Source: Rotaria socialis (Eukaryota). From it: DNA of 64,000 nucleotides. Shown here piece after piece: positions 37,803 to 48,808 of this stretch. The translations under genes were made by a program, and so were the position numbers. The notes under the pieces were generated by a model, which saw only the letters and a list, made by a program, of their open reading frames with translations, did not search any database and was not told where the DNA came from. Within the stretch, counting starts at the first letter, position 1, and every line of letters starts with the position of its first letter. The DNA is taken from the NCBI GenBank assembly GCA_905331295.1, contig CAJNYD010000052.1, positions 1 through 64,000 of the forward strand, given 5' to 3'.

Positions 37803-38726
37803 TCAACGTTTTCCAATTTTGTTCCTCAATTCAGTCGAGCATGCAAAGCTGACCAATGGTAGGAGAAATGTAAGCAGCCAGAGCAAGTAATACAAGTAGA
37901 TAATCTGTACGTCAGTGGCAAAGTTGGACATATTACTGAACAACTGAATAAGTATCACGAGAGCATACGGTACTTGATATGCGGAATATACGTTCGAAAT
38001 GATTAATAGTTGAACAATCCTTTTGCGATATTTGTGCCATTGTGCACCTTACTGTTGTTGCTGGCCAACCAGTTGTCGAAAAACTGCTCGCAACACAAGA
38101 CTGGTGTCGAGTAAAATGGCGCAAACTTGTGGGATCCAAGTATGGGCAAAGAGATCATAGTATGATATGTTTACATAAGTAATGTAGCATGGATAACCAC
38201 ACAGAAGCTCCTTGAAATCAAACTGCTGCTCACATGGAAAAATAAAAATGGCGACAGCATAGAAGAGAAAGGGATAGACAACGCTTGCTATTGGTGGCAA
38301 ATAGTGAAAATATAAATGTTGCTTGGTTGTAGTAAAAAGATGGGCGTGGAATATGAGTAGATGACGTTTCATTGATGCCCAAAGCATCAGAACATTGATA
38401 CAACCATTGAATGTCAAATCACACCATATTCAAATGTCACAATTCAGATCGGTCTGCGGTGTTACTATGCCAATACGTAAATAATGTATAATACGAGGTA
38501 GTTCTATAAGATTTGTCACCAAGCTGGCAATGAGTAAGCCCAAAAGAGCATGATAATGAAGAGTTTGTCGTAGATTTTGATCGGCGATGAGAAAATAGAC
38601 GAGAGCACAGCTACAGATTAGTGCAGCTGGTGCAAGAGCAACAAAAAGGCCGAATTTGATATTTCGTGTCCACTGAGTTTCAAACACCAGCAAAGTTTCT
38701 GTTGAATTGTTCTCTGCCGAAATCAT
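37803..38726 (-). pseudogene. Rhodopsin-like 7TM GPCR pseudogene, intronless
   Basis: A succession of hydrophobic helices with [12 protein letters not shown] at the DRY-equivalent position. In-frame stops at 38430..38432 and 38049..38051 and a frameshift near 37930. Confidence 0.8.
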
Positions 38727-39303
38727 ATTGTCTACAAAAAGAAGTCAAATGTCACTTTGTGAAAAGCTCACTTCGCCTTAAATACGACACAAACAGAAAA
38801 TATGTTGGTAAAAATGGACGCAATCATATAGTAAATAATGCACACACTCAATTATTTTACACTCAAAGATTTTTTCAAATACAATGTCCTCTAGTATAAA
38901 ATCTTTATTGTCACATGCTTTTCTCATCCTCTATGTGTCATTCACAGTTTGAGTTTGAAATGCTCAAGAAATCATAAGAAGATGACTAGCAGAATAATAT
39001 AAATAAGTTGTTTATCGTCGTTTCCTAAAAATAGTTATTTATTTTGTTTATCTTTACAAATATCACTAATCATTTGGCTCACATGACCGTAACTTACTAA
39101 AGCGATTGATGAAAAATATTAGATACATGCATTCAGGTGCATGTGTTATAATTTTATGGTGATAATCTTGAGAGTGTAGGTAAATCAATTCAGAAAAAAA
39201 TCAGCCTATCTTATAACGAAAAGAATGTTTAAATAACTGCAGAGCTTTATTTCGATGATGCGTTTCGTGCTAATGATTGAAATATTAAAATACTCTTCAC
39301 AGG

Positions 39304-39708
39304 TAGAGGTGTCAGCCGTACGGCTGAGCCGCCGCAGCCACTAAATTACTGGCAATTTTAAGAATTTTGGGGGAGCCGCCGCTGCGAAAAAACAAGTTTA
39401 GCCGTTGCACCGCTGCAAGAGATAAAAATTTTTGATAGCGTTATTTGCCGCCGCTGACATCAATACATATGCGATCGAATCGAACATTTTTCTTTTAATT
39501 TTCATCAGTGAACTTTTAACTGAGCCGCCGCCGTCACATAAGGACTTACAAATATCAGCCGACGCCGCCGCTGTGAAAAACAAATTTAAGAATTTGTAGC
39601 AGCCGCCGCTGAAGACATTACTCATTCAAATAACGAGCCGCTGGAAATCTTGAAAAATTGAAAATTGTTGCCCGCCGTCGCCATTCACCCCTTCGGCTGA
39701 CACCTCTA
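39304..39708. mobile_element. 405-bp non-autonomous hAT-type MITE
   Basis: Perfect 15-bp TIRs TAGAGGTGTCAGCCG / CGGCTGACACCTCTA, perfect 8-bp TSD TTCACAGG (39296..39303 and 39709..39716), and internal GCCGCCGC repeats. Confidence 0.92.
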
Positions 39709-40638
39709 TTCACAGGTATATGTATTATAAGTAAGCGAAACAAAAAAATCAATGAAATAATATAAAAGTAAAAAGTTAGAGAGCACAATTATATTATGTT
39801 TTACGATTAGTTCAGTCATCTCAATGTCAAGATATCTTACAATTCTCTCACATTTTTGAATAATATTCTATGTCAAAATATCATGAAAATGATATAGATC
39901 GTTTTCTTACGATATCTAGAACATGTACTTCAAAATAGTCTATCTTATCTTTGAAAATTTAAAAGAATTGTCTTCGGCAAGATAATATGCTTGAATACCA
40001 TTCATCGTTTCAGCTATCTTTCTGATTATTTAGATCAATAATTTGTTATCATTTTCACCATTTTCATTGCTGGCCACATGTGAATGGTCATAAATATCAT
40101 TCAAGTCACGAAGACACTGATCTCAACGGCCATACCTGCAGCCATTTGTAATATGACTGTGGTTATTTATACCACGTATTACAGATTAATAGACTGACAC
40201 AGATGAAATTTATTTTGTTAGACACTATCTCTTCAGTCTAGGGAAAAAATAAATCATTACAATTTAATTTATAATTCGTTTCACCAGTTACAAATCCGTA
40301 AATAAATAGCAAATCCCTTCTGTTCGAATAATGAAAGAAGAGAACAAGAAATTGTGATTTAGATCGCATAATAAGGTTAGATTAGTTGAAAGATACACTG
40401 AAGTCTTACCGATATCTTGTTTGATGATCATGATTAATCGGCGCAAGAAGAATATCATTTGGATTATGTAAAGTAACGTGAAAGAGCAAGATCAGCAAAT
40501 ATTTGTTCTTCTTCAAACGATCGGATCAACGTAACAATTGTGTTATTGATATTGATCAAACTTCAGCATCATGGATACCTTTTTTTCACTATTTATTTGC
40601 GAGTAATCAATATAACACTAAGTCATTACGTGCATCAG

Positions 40639-42051
40639 ATGTCTTGGGTACTGTTTTTCTCAATTACTTTTATTACTAAAGTACATACCATTGATTTATA
40701 TTCTCCATGGATAATCTCCGCTGGTCCAACCTTCAATGCCTACAAGTACAACGTCCTTCAACATCTTACCAGCATTTCACCTTATTTTGAATCTATCTCT
40801 GACGGACTAAACCCTGATCCTCCTCAAGGTTGCAAAGTCAATAAAGCTGTCTATCTCGTGCGCCATGGTTCCATTTACGTAAACGACAATGATTACTTCT
40901 TGACTATTGAACCATTTTTGCAACGTCTCAAGAACTCGTCTTATTACGTTGACTTTTCCAATTCGACAGAGTTAGCTTTCTTAACTCACTGGACCTCATA
41001 CATATTGAACAGCAAAGAACAAATAGAAAAGCTTGCCAAACTCGGGTTTGTCGAATCATTTAATTTTGGTGCTCGCCTCGCACATCGATATCCACATTTA
41101 TTACCTGTAAAAAAGGATGCGTCTTTCAAAGTCTGGGGATCAAGTGCGAATAGAACATTGCGCAGTGCCGAGGCTCTCTTTGCTGGACTTTATGCTGGCC
41201 ATGAAACGATCGGTAATGTAGTTAGTATATTAGAAGGCAGAGATCAAGGAGCCAATACACTGACACCGAGGAGAACCTGTCCAATATTTAATACTTCACA
41301 TGCTTTTAAACTATCTGATGAATGGCTAAAATATTACACAGTACCAATTATAGCGCGACTGACCGCTAAAGGATCGGGATTTCAATTTACACCAAAAGAT
41401 GTGTTAGCGATGCAAGAACTGTGTGGATATGAAACGATCATTCGAGGTTCATCAGCATTCTGTGAAATTTTTACTTCCGAAGAATGGTTATCTTTTGAAT
41501 ACTATGAAGATATCAAGTACTACTATGAGCTGGGTTACGGAAATACTAAATCAGTTAGCCTCGGTATGCCTTGGGTCGTTGCAACAGGAAATCTTCTTAA
41601 TCAAACAGATGTCAATGATCAACATCTATATATTAGCATCGTTCATCGACAAATGCCACCCTTTGTTGTGACAGCATTGGGTTTATACAATGATTCTGAG
41701 TACACTAGCCCAACAAATATAAATCATACGCTTCCACTCAACGAAATTAATAATCGACGAGCATGGAAAACGAGCCGTTTCTTGACATTTATGGGCAACA
41801 TTGCATTGGAACGACTTGATTGTGCATCTGCTGCGTACACTGGATCATTTGTGAGAGTTCTTGTGAATTCAGCACCAGAGCCTCTACCAGGATGTAGAAG
41901 TGGTCCGAGTTTTAGTTGTCCCTTAAAACAGTACATGGATTATGTCAAGCGCCGCAGTGACTCATACGAAGCTTTTACGAAAGCTTGCGGATTAGAAAAC
42001 AGAAATGCTGCTGAAACGTTGAGTTTTTTTGTGAACGAAAAAGTTGTTTAG
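40639..42051 (+). CDS. Secreted histidine acid phosphatase/phytase (branch 2, fungal-like), about 470 aa, intronless
   Basis: PPQGCKVNKAVYLVRHGS (RHG catalytic motif), ANTLTP, MQELCGYET, FEYYEDIKYYYELGYG, VRVLVN and GCRSGPSFSCPL. Signal peptide follows the ATG at 40639. Confidence 0.92.
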   Translation: MSWVLFFSITFITKVHTIDLYSPWIISAGPTFNAYKYNVLQHLTSISPYFESISDGLNPDPPQGCKVNKAVYLVRHGSIYVNDNDYFLTIEPFLQRLKNSSYYVDFSNSTELAFLTHWTSYILNSKEQIEKLAKLGFVESFNFGARLAHRYPHLLPVKKDASFKVWGSSANRTLRSAEALFAGLYAGHETIGNVVSILEGRDQGANTLTPRRTCPIFNTSHAFKLSDEWLKYYTVPIIARLTAKGSGFQFTPKDVLAMQELCGYETIIRGSSAFCEIFTSEEWLSFEYYEDIKYYYELGYGNTKSVSLGMPWVVATGNLLNQTDVNDQHLYISIVHRQMPPFVVTALGLYNDSEYTSPTNINHTLPLNEINNRRAWKTSRFLTFMGNIALERLDCASAAYTGSFVRVLVNSAPEPLPGCRSGPSFSCPLKQYMDYVKRRSDSYEAFTKACGLENRNAAETLSFFVNEKVV

Positions 42052-42844
42052 ATATTTCTGGATAGCGTCAATACATAATGCTTGGATGCGTATGAATGCT
42101 GAATAGTGAACATGTTAAATATCGGCAGCATGATATATATTCATACCCTCATAAATTAGAAATTCAACAAAGTCAAGTGGAATTTGATGTTTGGAACACC
42201 CACAAATGGACTTTGTGTGGCATTCTTTGTAACATCATCAATGGAGCTGCATTTCACAGTGTTTCTAGCCCTCTCATTATAGAATGCCGTGAATTCTGAT
42301 GCATTTCTGGATGGTGGGTACCACTGTTTTTTGTCTTGTTTCGACATCTGATGTGTAATTCTAGATTAATCATATGCTATTGAATAGAAAACTACCCTTT
42401 ATCTCCTGTTTGGAATTTACACCGACATTACTCGTTCTGTTCGTATCGTTAGATATTTTAATAATAGTCGGATAAAGATTAATCATATATTTGTACAAAA
42501 GATTTGCATTTTTCAACTCAATTGATATCAACGATTGAGTATACTTTTAGTTTGATCGACACAAAAATCTTCGATTCATATGTAATCTGAATTATTGAGT
42601 TGTATTTATCTCATTTGCGAGTAAATATAATTAATGTGCATGATATTCTAGTCAACCAATCATTAGATCTATATAGCAAAAGATTGTTAGAGACGAATAA
42701 GTCGCTTCTATTTGATGATTTTATTCAAAGGGATAAGGAACCGAACGACAAACAGAGCAAATAGGAAGGCTATTCACAAAATAGAGATAATTCCATGAGT
42801 AGGACAAGTATCGTTGACAAAACACCTTTGTACTTCTGTTATGT

Positions 42845-43107
42845 TCATTCCTTGGTACCAACCACCGCATTAAGAGGAGCTACTGGAGTTTCAGAAATTG
42901 TGAATTGATCTCCTGACAGCCAGCCTTGATTTTCTGCGTCAGCTTTCTTGCGTGGATCATCCGCTGGAGTTTCAATACCAGCAATTCTCGCTTCGGCGAT
43001 ATCAGCTGCTAGGATCATCTTGCTTACTGGTTCTAATTAGAAAGAAAATAGTTTAAAAATCTGAAGCAAACAAACAAAGAAATGAAACCTGTATTTGATG
43101 AACTCAT
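42845..43107 (-). CDS. Novel 68-aa microprotein, copy 3 (exons 43107..43089 and 43032..42845): MSSSNTEPVSKMILAADIAEARIAGIETPADDPRKKADAENQGWLSGDQFTISETPVAPLNAVVGTKE
   Basis: Absent from the ORF track. Has a 56-nt GT-AG phase-1 intron after a 19-nt first exon. 49 of the last 58 residues are identical to copy 2. Confidence 0.85.
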
Positions 43108-44765
43108 ATTATATTTCTTCGTATTAATAGAACAGGCGCGATTGACTATCGAGAATAGAATGATTATCGGTGATTTTCTTGTCGTAATTCCTTTTTGTTT
43201 TCTTGTGACATGGTATTCTTCTAGTATATATATATAATACCCGAAGATTATTATTGACTATATTTAGTACGACTCGTAATACACGTCATAAATGTGATCT
43301 TATACAGATTATCTCACCAGCAGTGCACATATGGAACACCTAAAAGACAAAAAAGAAAGGGAATTTTCTTTCCTATGCATCGATGATATTAGTAGAGAAC
43401 CAATAGTCACGTTTCCATTGCAACCTCGAATTACGCAGAAGACGTCATACTATGAAAAACAAATATCACTCATTAATGAGAGCATCTAGATCACTATTTC
43501 CATCCAATCAGATGTACAATCACTGAATTTAACCCTGTAAAACTTCAGAAATACTAAGAGATATTACATTTAAAAAATGAACAAGATATTATACATAAAA
43601 GTATGAATGATAACTTGTTAGTCAAAAAAAATGTAGAATACGAATGATTTTGATAATGTGGTTCATATACTGAGTTATGCGTATAACGAACAGTATGTGG
43701 TCTGTATATGAACATAGATGTTGAATTTGTGAAGTAGCCTGTTTTTAACTGACAGATACTGAAATAACCGTTACATTGCATGTATCCTAAGATATTGTCC
43801 AAGTTTATTTTTAAATCTTAGAACAAGCTTGCACAATTCTAAATACATAAGAACCATTCATGATTTACTTTTTTTTTGTTTCAATTATTTGAACTTGACG
43901 ACTGTATTATTCATTCTATTTACATGTTCATTGTTTTATGATACGTTGTAAATTAGCCAATCTACTGATAAAATAAGATAATATTGTTTTTTTTTCTTTC
44001 TTAATTGATATTCATAGACAATCAAATTCACCCTAGGAAAAAAACGTGTATGGTCAAAGTTTAAAAATAGTTTTTCTTCTGCATGTGACTTCCCATGTAA
44101 AACAAAATTAGGGCAATAATCAGGCAATGTAAGTCTGATTTGATTAATTGTTATTTAACAAAAAACTTCTAAATTATTCATGAAAACGATTTAAAACATA
44201 ACAGAGTATAGAGTTGTGCTGAAATTGCGTCGAAAGATCGTGATATCGATATATAAGATAACCTATTCCATCACTCCTATCGCCATTAAATATAAATATT
44301 TCTTTATATCATTCCGGCGGGCTCAAAAAAGGTCAATTTTTGTATTCCCCACTTCATTTTCTCTGTTTTAATTCTCGCATTCCAGAATTCTTGAGAGAAA
44401 CTGATTAACTTGGGCGGTAATAGGAAAATCTGTAGAAATTTAATTTACCTGTCTTTCTAGCTGGCCTCATTCATACGTTGACAGATACTTGAGAAAGACT
44501 AGTCAGGTTGTAGAAGAGTTATTGATCATTGTAGTTAGGCTATGAGCAAAGAGATGATGCATCAAATTTAAATATCTAGAAATATCAGTTGACTTGATCT
44601 GAAGGATTTAGAAAAAATCGATTGATGTTACAAATTTAATATAAAGCGAGATTTTTATGGTTGATTAAATCATTTTGTTTTCTTTATTATTCTTAATGCT
44701 TTTTAGCTGTAAAATATGAGATGTTTCCTTAGCAATAAAATGAAGAAAGAATTCGTTATCGATTT

Positions 44766-45530
44766 TTATTCTGTTTCAAATGTTTTCGGTTGTTCTTGAA
44801 GATCATTTGAATTTTCAAAAGGAACGACAGTAGGATGTGGTAGTTGATGTTCTTCAGCTGTCAGATGAAGCAATGATGCAATCGAATGTTCAATAGACGA
44901 AGCTGGTTGTATAAGCAGATCATGGAAAGTAGAAGATGAATGTCGTCGAACAGTAGAAGTCATATGCTCTTGCGCTGCGTGCCATTTATGTAAAATATGT
45001 TCAAATTCAGTCAGACCATGTTTAATTCGAGCTTGAAATTTTCGCTTACGTAATGTAAAAGTAATTTGTGAAAAAACAAGAATAATAAAAACCAATATAT
45101 AAAGTGTAAGAAAAAGAAAATGCGAACGATAGACATGAATAGTAACACAAGCTGTTATAGGTTCTAGAGATTCGTTTTTCTTCAATATTTCATCATATGA
45201 ATTATTTGATTTTAAATATTCTGAACATATAATAACACAAACATTATATTTGCCAGCAGTTAATTGCCTTAATTCAAGTGAATTTCTCCAAAATGTTAAA
45301 TTTTGTTGAGGCATCGAATGAGAATTTTTACTGTTATGACGTATAGTAAATTCATAGGTTTGACATTCCCGTTGATTATTGTTTTGCGCTATTTCAAATT
45401 GAAGATTGGCCGTACGCGAATCATGAATACGAGCACGAAGATAGAATGGACTTAGAACTTCAGTTTCTGTATTATTTGCAAATATTCCAATAGGAACTGA
45501 CAATAAACAAAGACTAAATAATAGATTCAT
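44766..45530 (-). CDS. Uncharacterised single-pass membrane protein, 254 aa (signal peptide, small Cys-containing beta-rich ectodomain, TM, cytoplasmic tail)
   Basis: Intronless ORF with an N-terminal signal and a TM segment FLFLTLYILVFIILVFSQI followed by RKRK. Paralog at 48260..48808. Confidence 0.8.
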   Translation of the reverse strand: MNLLFSLCLLSVPIGIFANNTETEVLSPFYLRARIHDSRTANLQFEIAQNNNQRECQTYEFTIRHNSKNSHSMPQQNLTFWRNSLELRQLTAGKYNVCVIICSEYLKSNNSYDEILKKNESLEPITACVTIHVYRSHFLFLTLYILVFIILVFSQITFTLRKRKFQARIKHGLTEFEHILHKWHAAQEHMTSTVRRHSSSTFHDLLIQPASSIEHSIASLLHLTAEEHQLPHPTVVPFENSNDLQEQPKTFETE

Positions 45531-46159
45531 GATAATTGTGTTATTCTGCCTTGTTATGCTACATCCTTATACATATATACACAAGTAATAAATGCTTTTT
45601 TTCTTATGATAATATAACATGCAAGAATGCACATTCTGCTACAATGCTTTTCCTTATTGAGATCAACGCTTTGTTTATTCATACGTTTTCTTGTAATAAC
45701 ATATAAAGAACATAGAATTAAGATAAATACGTCTCTTTTGAAAGTTGACCAAGAATTAATCATAATTTCCCCGATTGATAGTGAGCTGATAAATCTTTTA
45801 GAAGAATACAACGGCTTTTTCGTGACCATCATAACATTAGAAAAAACTCACACCACACTTATTATACAAAATTTTTTTATCGTAGGTCGAACTAATTAAA
45901 AGTAATTCACAAAATAGTTAAACTGAACAATCATCGCTGAAGGATGTGGAATTAATCGAGAGCATTCTTTGAGTTTTCTTATAGAGAAGGGAAAACTCAG
46001 TTCATATAAAATCATGAGAAATTCTTTTTTGCAAATAGGCAGCAGCATCAAACATCTCATTATCGACTATTTGCATAGATTAATATCAATTTCTATCTCC
46101 ATCATACAAATTTATTCAATCGACTTTTATGGAAAATTTCACAAAAGAATAACGTGTGA

Positions 46160-47164
46160 CTAAAAAAAGTCAGCTAGCCAACATGATGCACTACCATCGG
46201 AATAAGCTGTTTTGATGTTTTCAAGTTTGTCATTCGAAAGACGGATGTTACGTATCATCATATCACCTTTCTTCTCGATTTTTATCGAGTTAGCAGCCCA
46301 CTGGTTCAACTCATCGATACCAATATATTGAGGTAGACCATGAAAGCGAATAATATTTGTCTGATGTCGCTGTAAAATCTTTTCAGCTGCGGCTTTCAAC
46401 ACTTTTCGTTCAACATCAATATTTGGTGCTCGCCATTCATACACACAAATATCATCGATATTATTCGGTTTGCTAATTACCACATAGCCTGGCTCGGCGT
46501 CATGACAAATGTGCACAATAGCTTCATTGTGTTGCCAATCCCAGCCAGCCCAATGTGTGAACATAGTACCATTTGTTCGACTATACTGATACTTACGCGA
46601 AGTGTTTGAATGTATTTTAAATAGTAAATCTCGATCAGTTGATAATACTTCAGCTGCCGAACACCACTTGATATTGTTATTGTTAATAGAATTTAAATCG
46701 TTCCATTCGATAGTTACTATCATTGGTATAGATATTTGTTCCCAACCAAGCGCAGAATAATGATTATGCACATCAGTACCCAACATTGATAGATCAAATT
46801 CGCTACTTTGTTCCATCTTTTCAATCAATAACCGAAGAAGATGCCGAGAAAAGCCTCGTTTTCGATATTCTTCTGCAGTAGCAACATTGGAAATAAACCC
46901 ACACAAATATTCGTTATCATCCTCCGACGATTGAATTCTAAGACGTCGAATATGCGCTGTACTCACCAATCTTCCGTTGTGCCAAGCACCTAACTTATCA
47001 CCTTCTTGATAGTCTGGCGATGCTTCAGCAGTGTAAGAACGTTCGAAATCAGCTGGATTACAGGGGAAAATTGAATATAATAAATCGAGGACTTGTTTTT
47101 GCTCATGTTTTTTAATAGAACGATAAACAACCGACGACGTATCTACATCCCTGTTTAATGCCAT
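46160..47164 (-). CDS. GNAT-family N-acetyltransferase, 334 aa, intronless
   Basis: Acetyl-CoA binding motif A (ISNVATAEEYRKRGFSRHLL) and motif B (HYSALGW). The length suggests a second, degenerate GNAT-like domain as in Eis-type enzymes. Confidence 0.85.
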   Translation of the reverse strand: MALNRDVDTSSVVYRSIKKHEQKQVLDLLYSIFPCNPADFERSYTAEASPDYQEGDKLGAWHNGRLVSTAHIRRLRIQSSEDDNEYLCGFISNVATAEEYRKRGFSRHLLRLLIEKMEQSSEFDLSMLGTDVHNHYSALGWEQISIPMIVTIEWNDLNSINNNNIKWCSAAEVLSTDRDLLFKIHSNTSRKYQYSRTNGTMFTHWAGWDWQHNEAIVHICHDAEPGYVVISKPNNIDDICVYEWRAPNIDVERKVLKAAAEKILQRHQTNIIRFHGLPQYIGIDELNQWAANSIKIEKKGDMMIRNIRLSNDKLENIKTAYSDGSASCWLADFF

Positions 47165-48259
47165 ATTTTGATACTCTAATTAAAAAAAAAGCTATAGAAG
47201 ACATACAATAGGAACGATAGAAATAAGAGTCACTGACTATCGAAACACGTTATTTATATCGATACCATGGAATTTCGCAATCTGAATTTAGTCGATGCCG
47301 AAGTTCAGATTGCGAAATTCCGACTGTCGTTCTTTCACTTAGTCTCTCGGTTTGCAAAGTATTTTTCATTCCTTTTCTACCGCATGGCTTTTTCTCTGAT
47401 GTCGCAGGCAAACACGGGTGAGCTATCTGGTATTGAGGGAAAGCTGACATATAAACCGATGCAAATTCAAAAGATAACTATCTATTTCTCTCACCTGCCA
47501 ATTCCATTTTCTACTAACTCGTATAATTATGAAAAGAAATCGAACGGCTCTCTTCACATTTTAAATTAAATTTCGTTTCCTTTACTAATAATATATATAA
47601 AATGTGTTAGGAAACCCATTGTCAATCATATGAACCAGCTACCATGTGAGTAACGTGGGAGTGCGAGTCAAGAAAAGTAACAATGTTTCACCGGCGTGCA
47701 TTTTTTTTCTTTTTCTAGTCGGAGTCGTTCTTCCTTTTTTTTTAATTATTTTTCAGAAGAACGCAAGAGCAAAAAAAGCACACTCAACGCGTGCATATCA
47801 ACATTTGCTTAGCGTGGCACTCACATACAAGTATAATTTCCCATGTTTAAACAAATGCACACGACTAAAGATACTACTAAATAATAGAATCCGATGTTGT
47901 CTGAGATAATTCTTTGAATCGATATCTCTATTTGATTGGTGGAGGCAAAAAAACGAAGCGACCTTATTCGAGCGATTCCTGATTCGAGCTCAAATAATAA
48001 CAAACTGTTTTAAATAAGGACTACTATCACTTGTATTGTGTAAACACATAACAACGAATTTAAAAGTATAAAGAAAATTAGAACAATGGAGAGAATCGAG
48101 ACCAATAGATATCGCAGTAGTCTATTATAACAAGTTCAAAATAAGTACAAATGTTGATTATTCTAATTTGTTTTCATCTTGTTTGTATTCAGCAAGAAAT
48201 AACAGTATTGATGCATCGCAGATCTGAAAAAAATTTGATTGTATTCGAGTTCTATCGTA

Positions 48260-48808
48260 TTAACGTAAAATTTGTTTTAAGTCAATGAAGCTTTGATCGA
48301 TTTGTGCTCGAAGAAGTTTTCGTTTACGTAATGAAAAATCGATTTGTGATAAAACAAGAATAATAAAAACCAATATATAAAGTGTCAGAATAAGAAAATG
48401 CGAACGATACACACGAATAGTGACACAGGCTGTGATCGGTTTTGACAAATGTTTTTTCTTCACTATTTTATCATATGAATTGTTTGCTTTTAAATATTCT
48501 GAACATATAATAGCACATATGCGATAATTACCAAACGTTAATTGTTTTAATTCAAGTGAATTCCTCCAAAATGTTAAATTTTGCTGCGGCATTGAATAAG
48601 GATTTTTATCTTTATGTCGAACCGTAAATTTATACATTTGACATCCGCGTTGGTCGCCGTCATGTGCTATTTCAAATTGAACATTGACCGTACGCGAATC
48701 ATGAATACGAGCACGAAGATAAAATGGACTTTCAATTATAGTTTCTTTATTACTTCCAACAATTCGAACAGGAATCGATAATAAAATTATCATAAATAGT
48801 AGAATCAT
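48260..48808 (-). CDS. Paralog of 44766..45530, C-terminally truncated (182 aa); possibly a pseudogene
   Basis: Shares SPFYLRARIHDSRT, MPQQNLTFWRNSLEL, IICSEYLK and PITACVTI. The frame beyond the TAA still reads DASILLFLAEYKQ, similar to IASLLHLTAEEHQ in the paralog. Confidence 0.7.
   Translation of the reverse strand: MILLFMIILLSIPVRIVGSNKETIIESPFYLRARIHDSRTVNVQFEIAHDGDQRGCQMYKFTVRHKDKNPYSMPQQNLTFWRNSLELKQLTFGNYRICAIICSEYLKANNSYDKIVKKKHLSKPITACVTIRVYRSHFLILTLYILVFIILVLSQIDFSLRKRKLLRAQIDQSFIDLKQILR

Noticed and set aside
40475..40480. AACGTG (reverse complement CACGTT, a Pho4-type site) upstream of the phosphatase
   Set aside because: A single hexamer is expected by chance, no matching site was seen upstream of the transporter, and animals lack Pho4.
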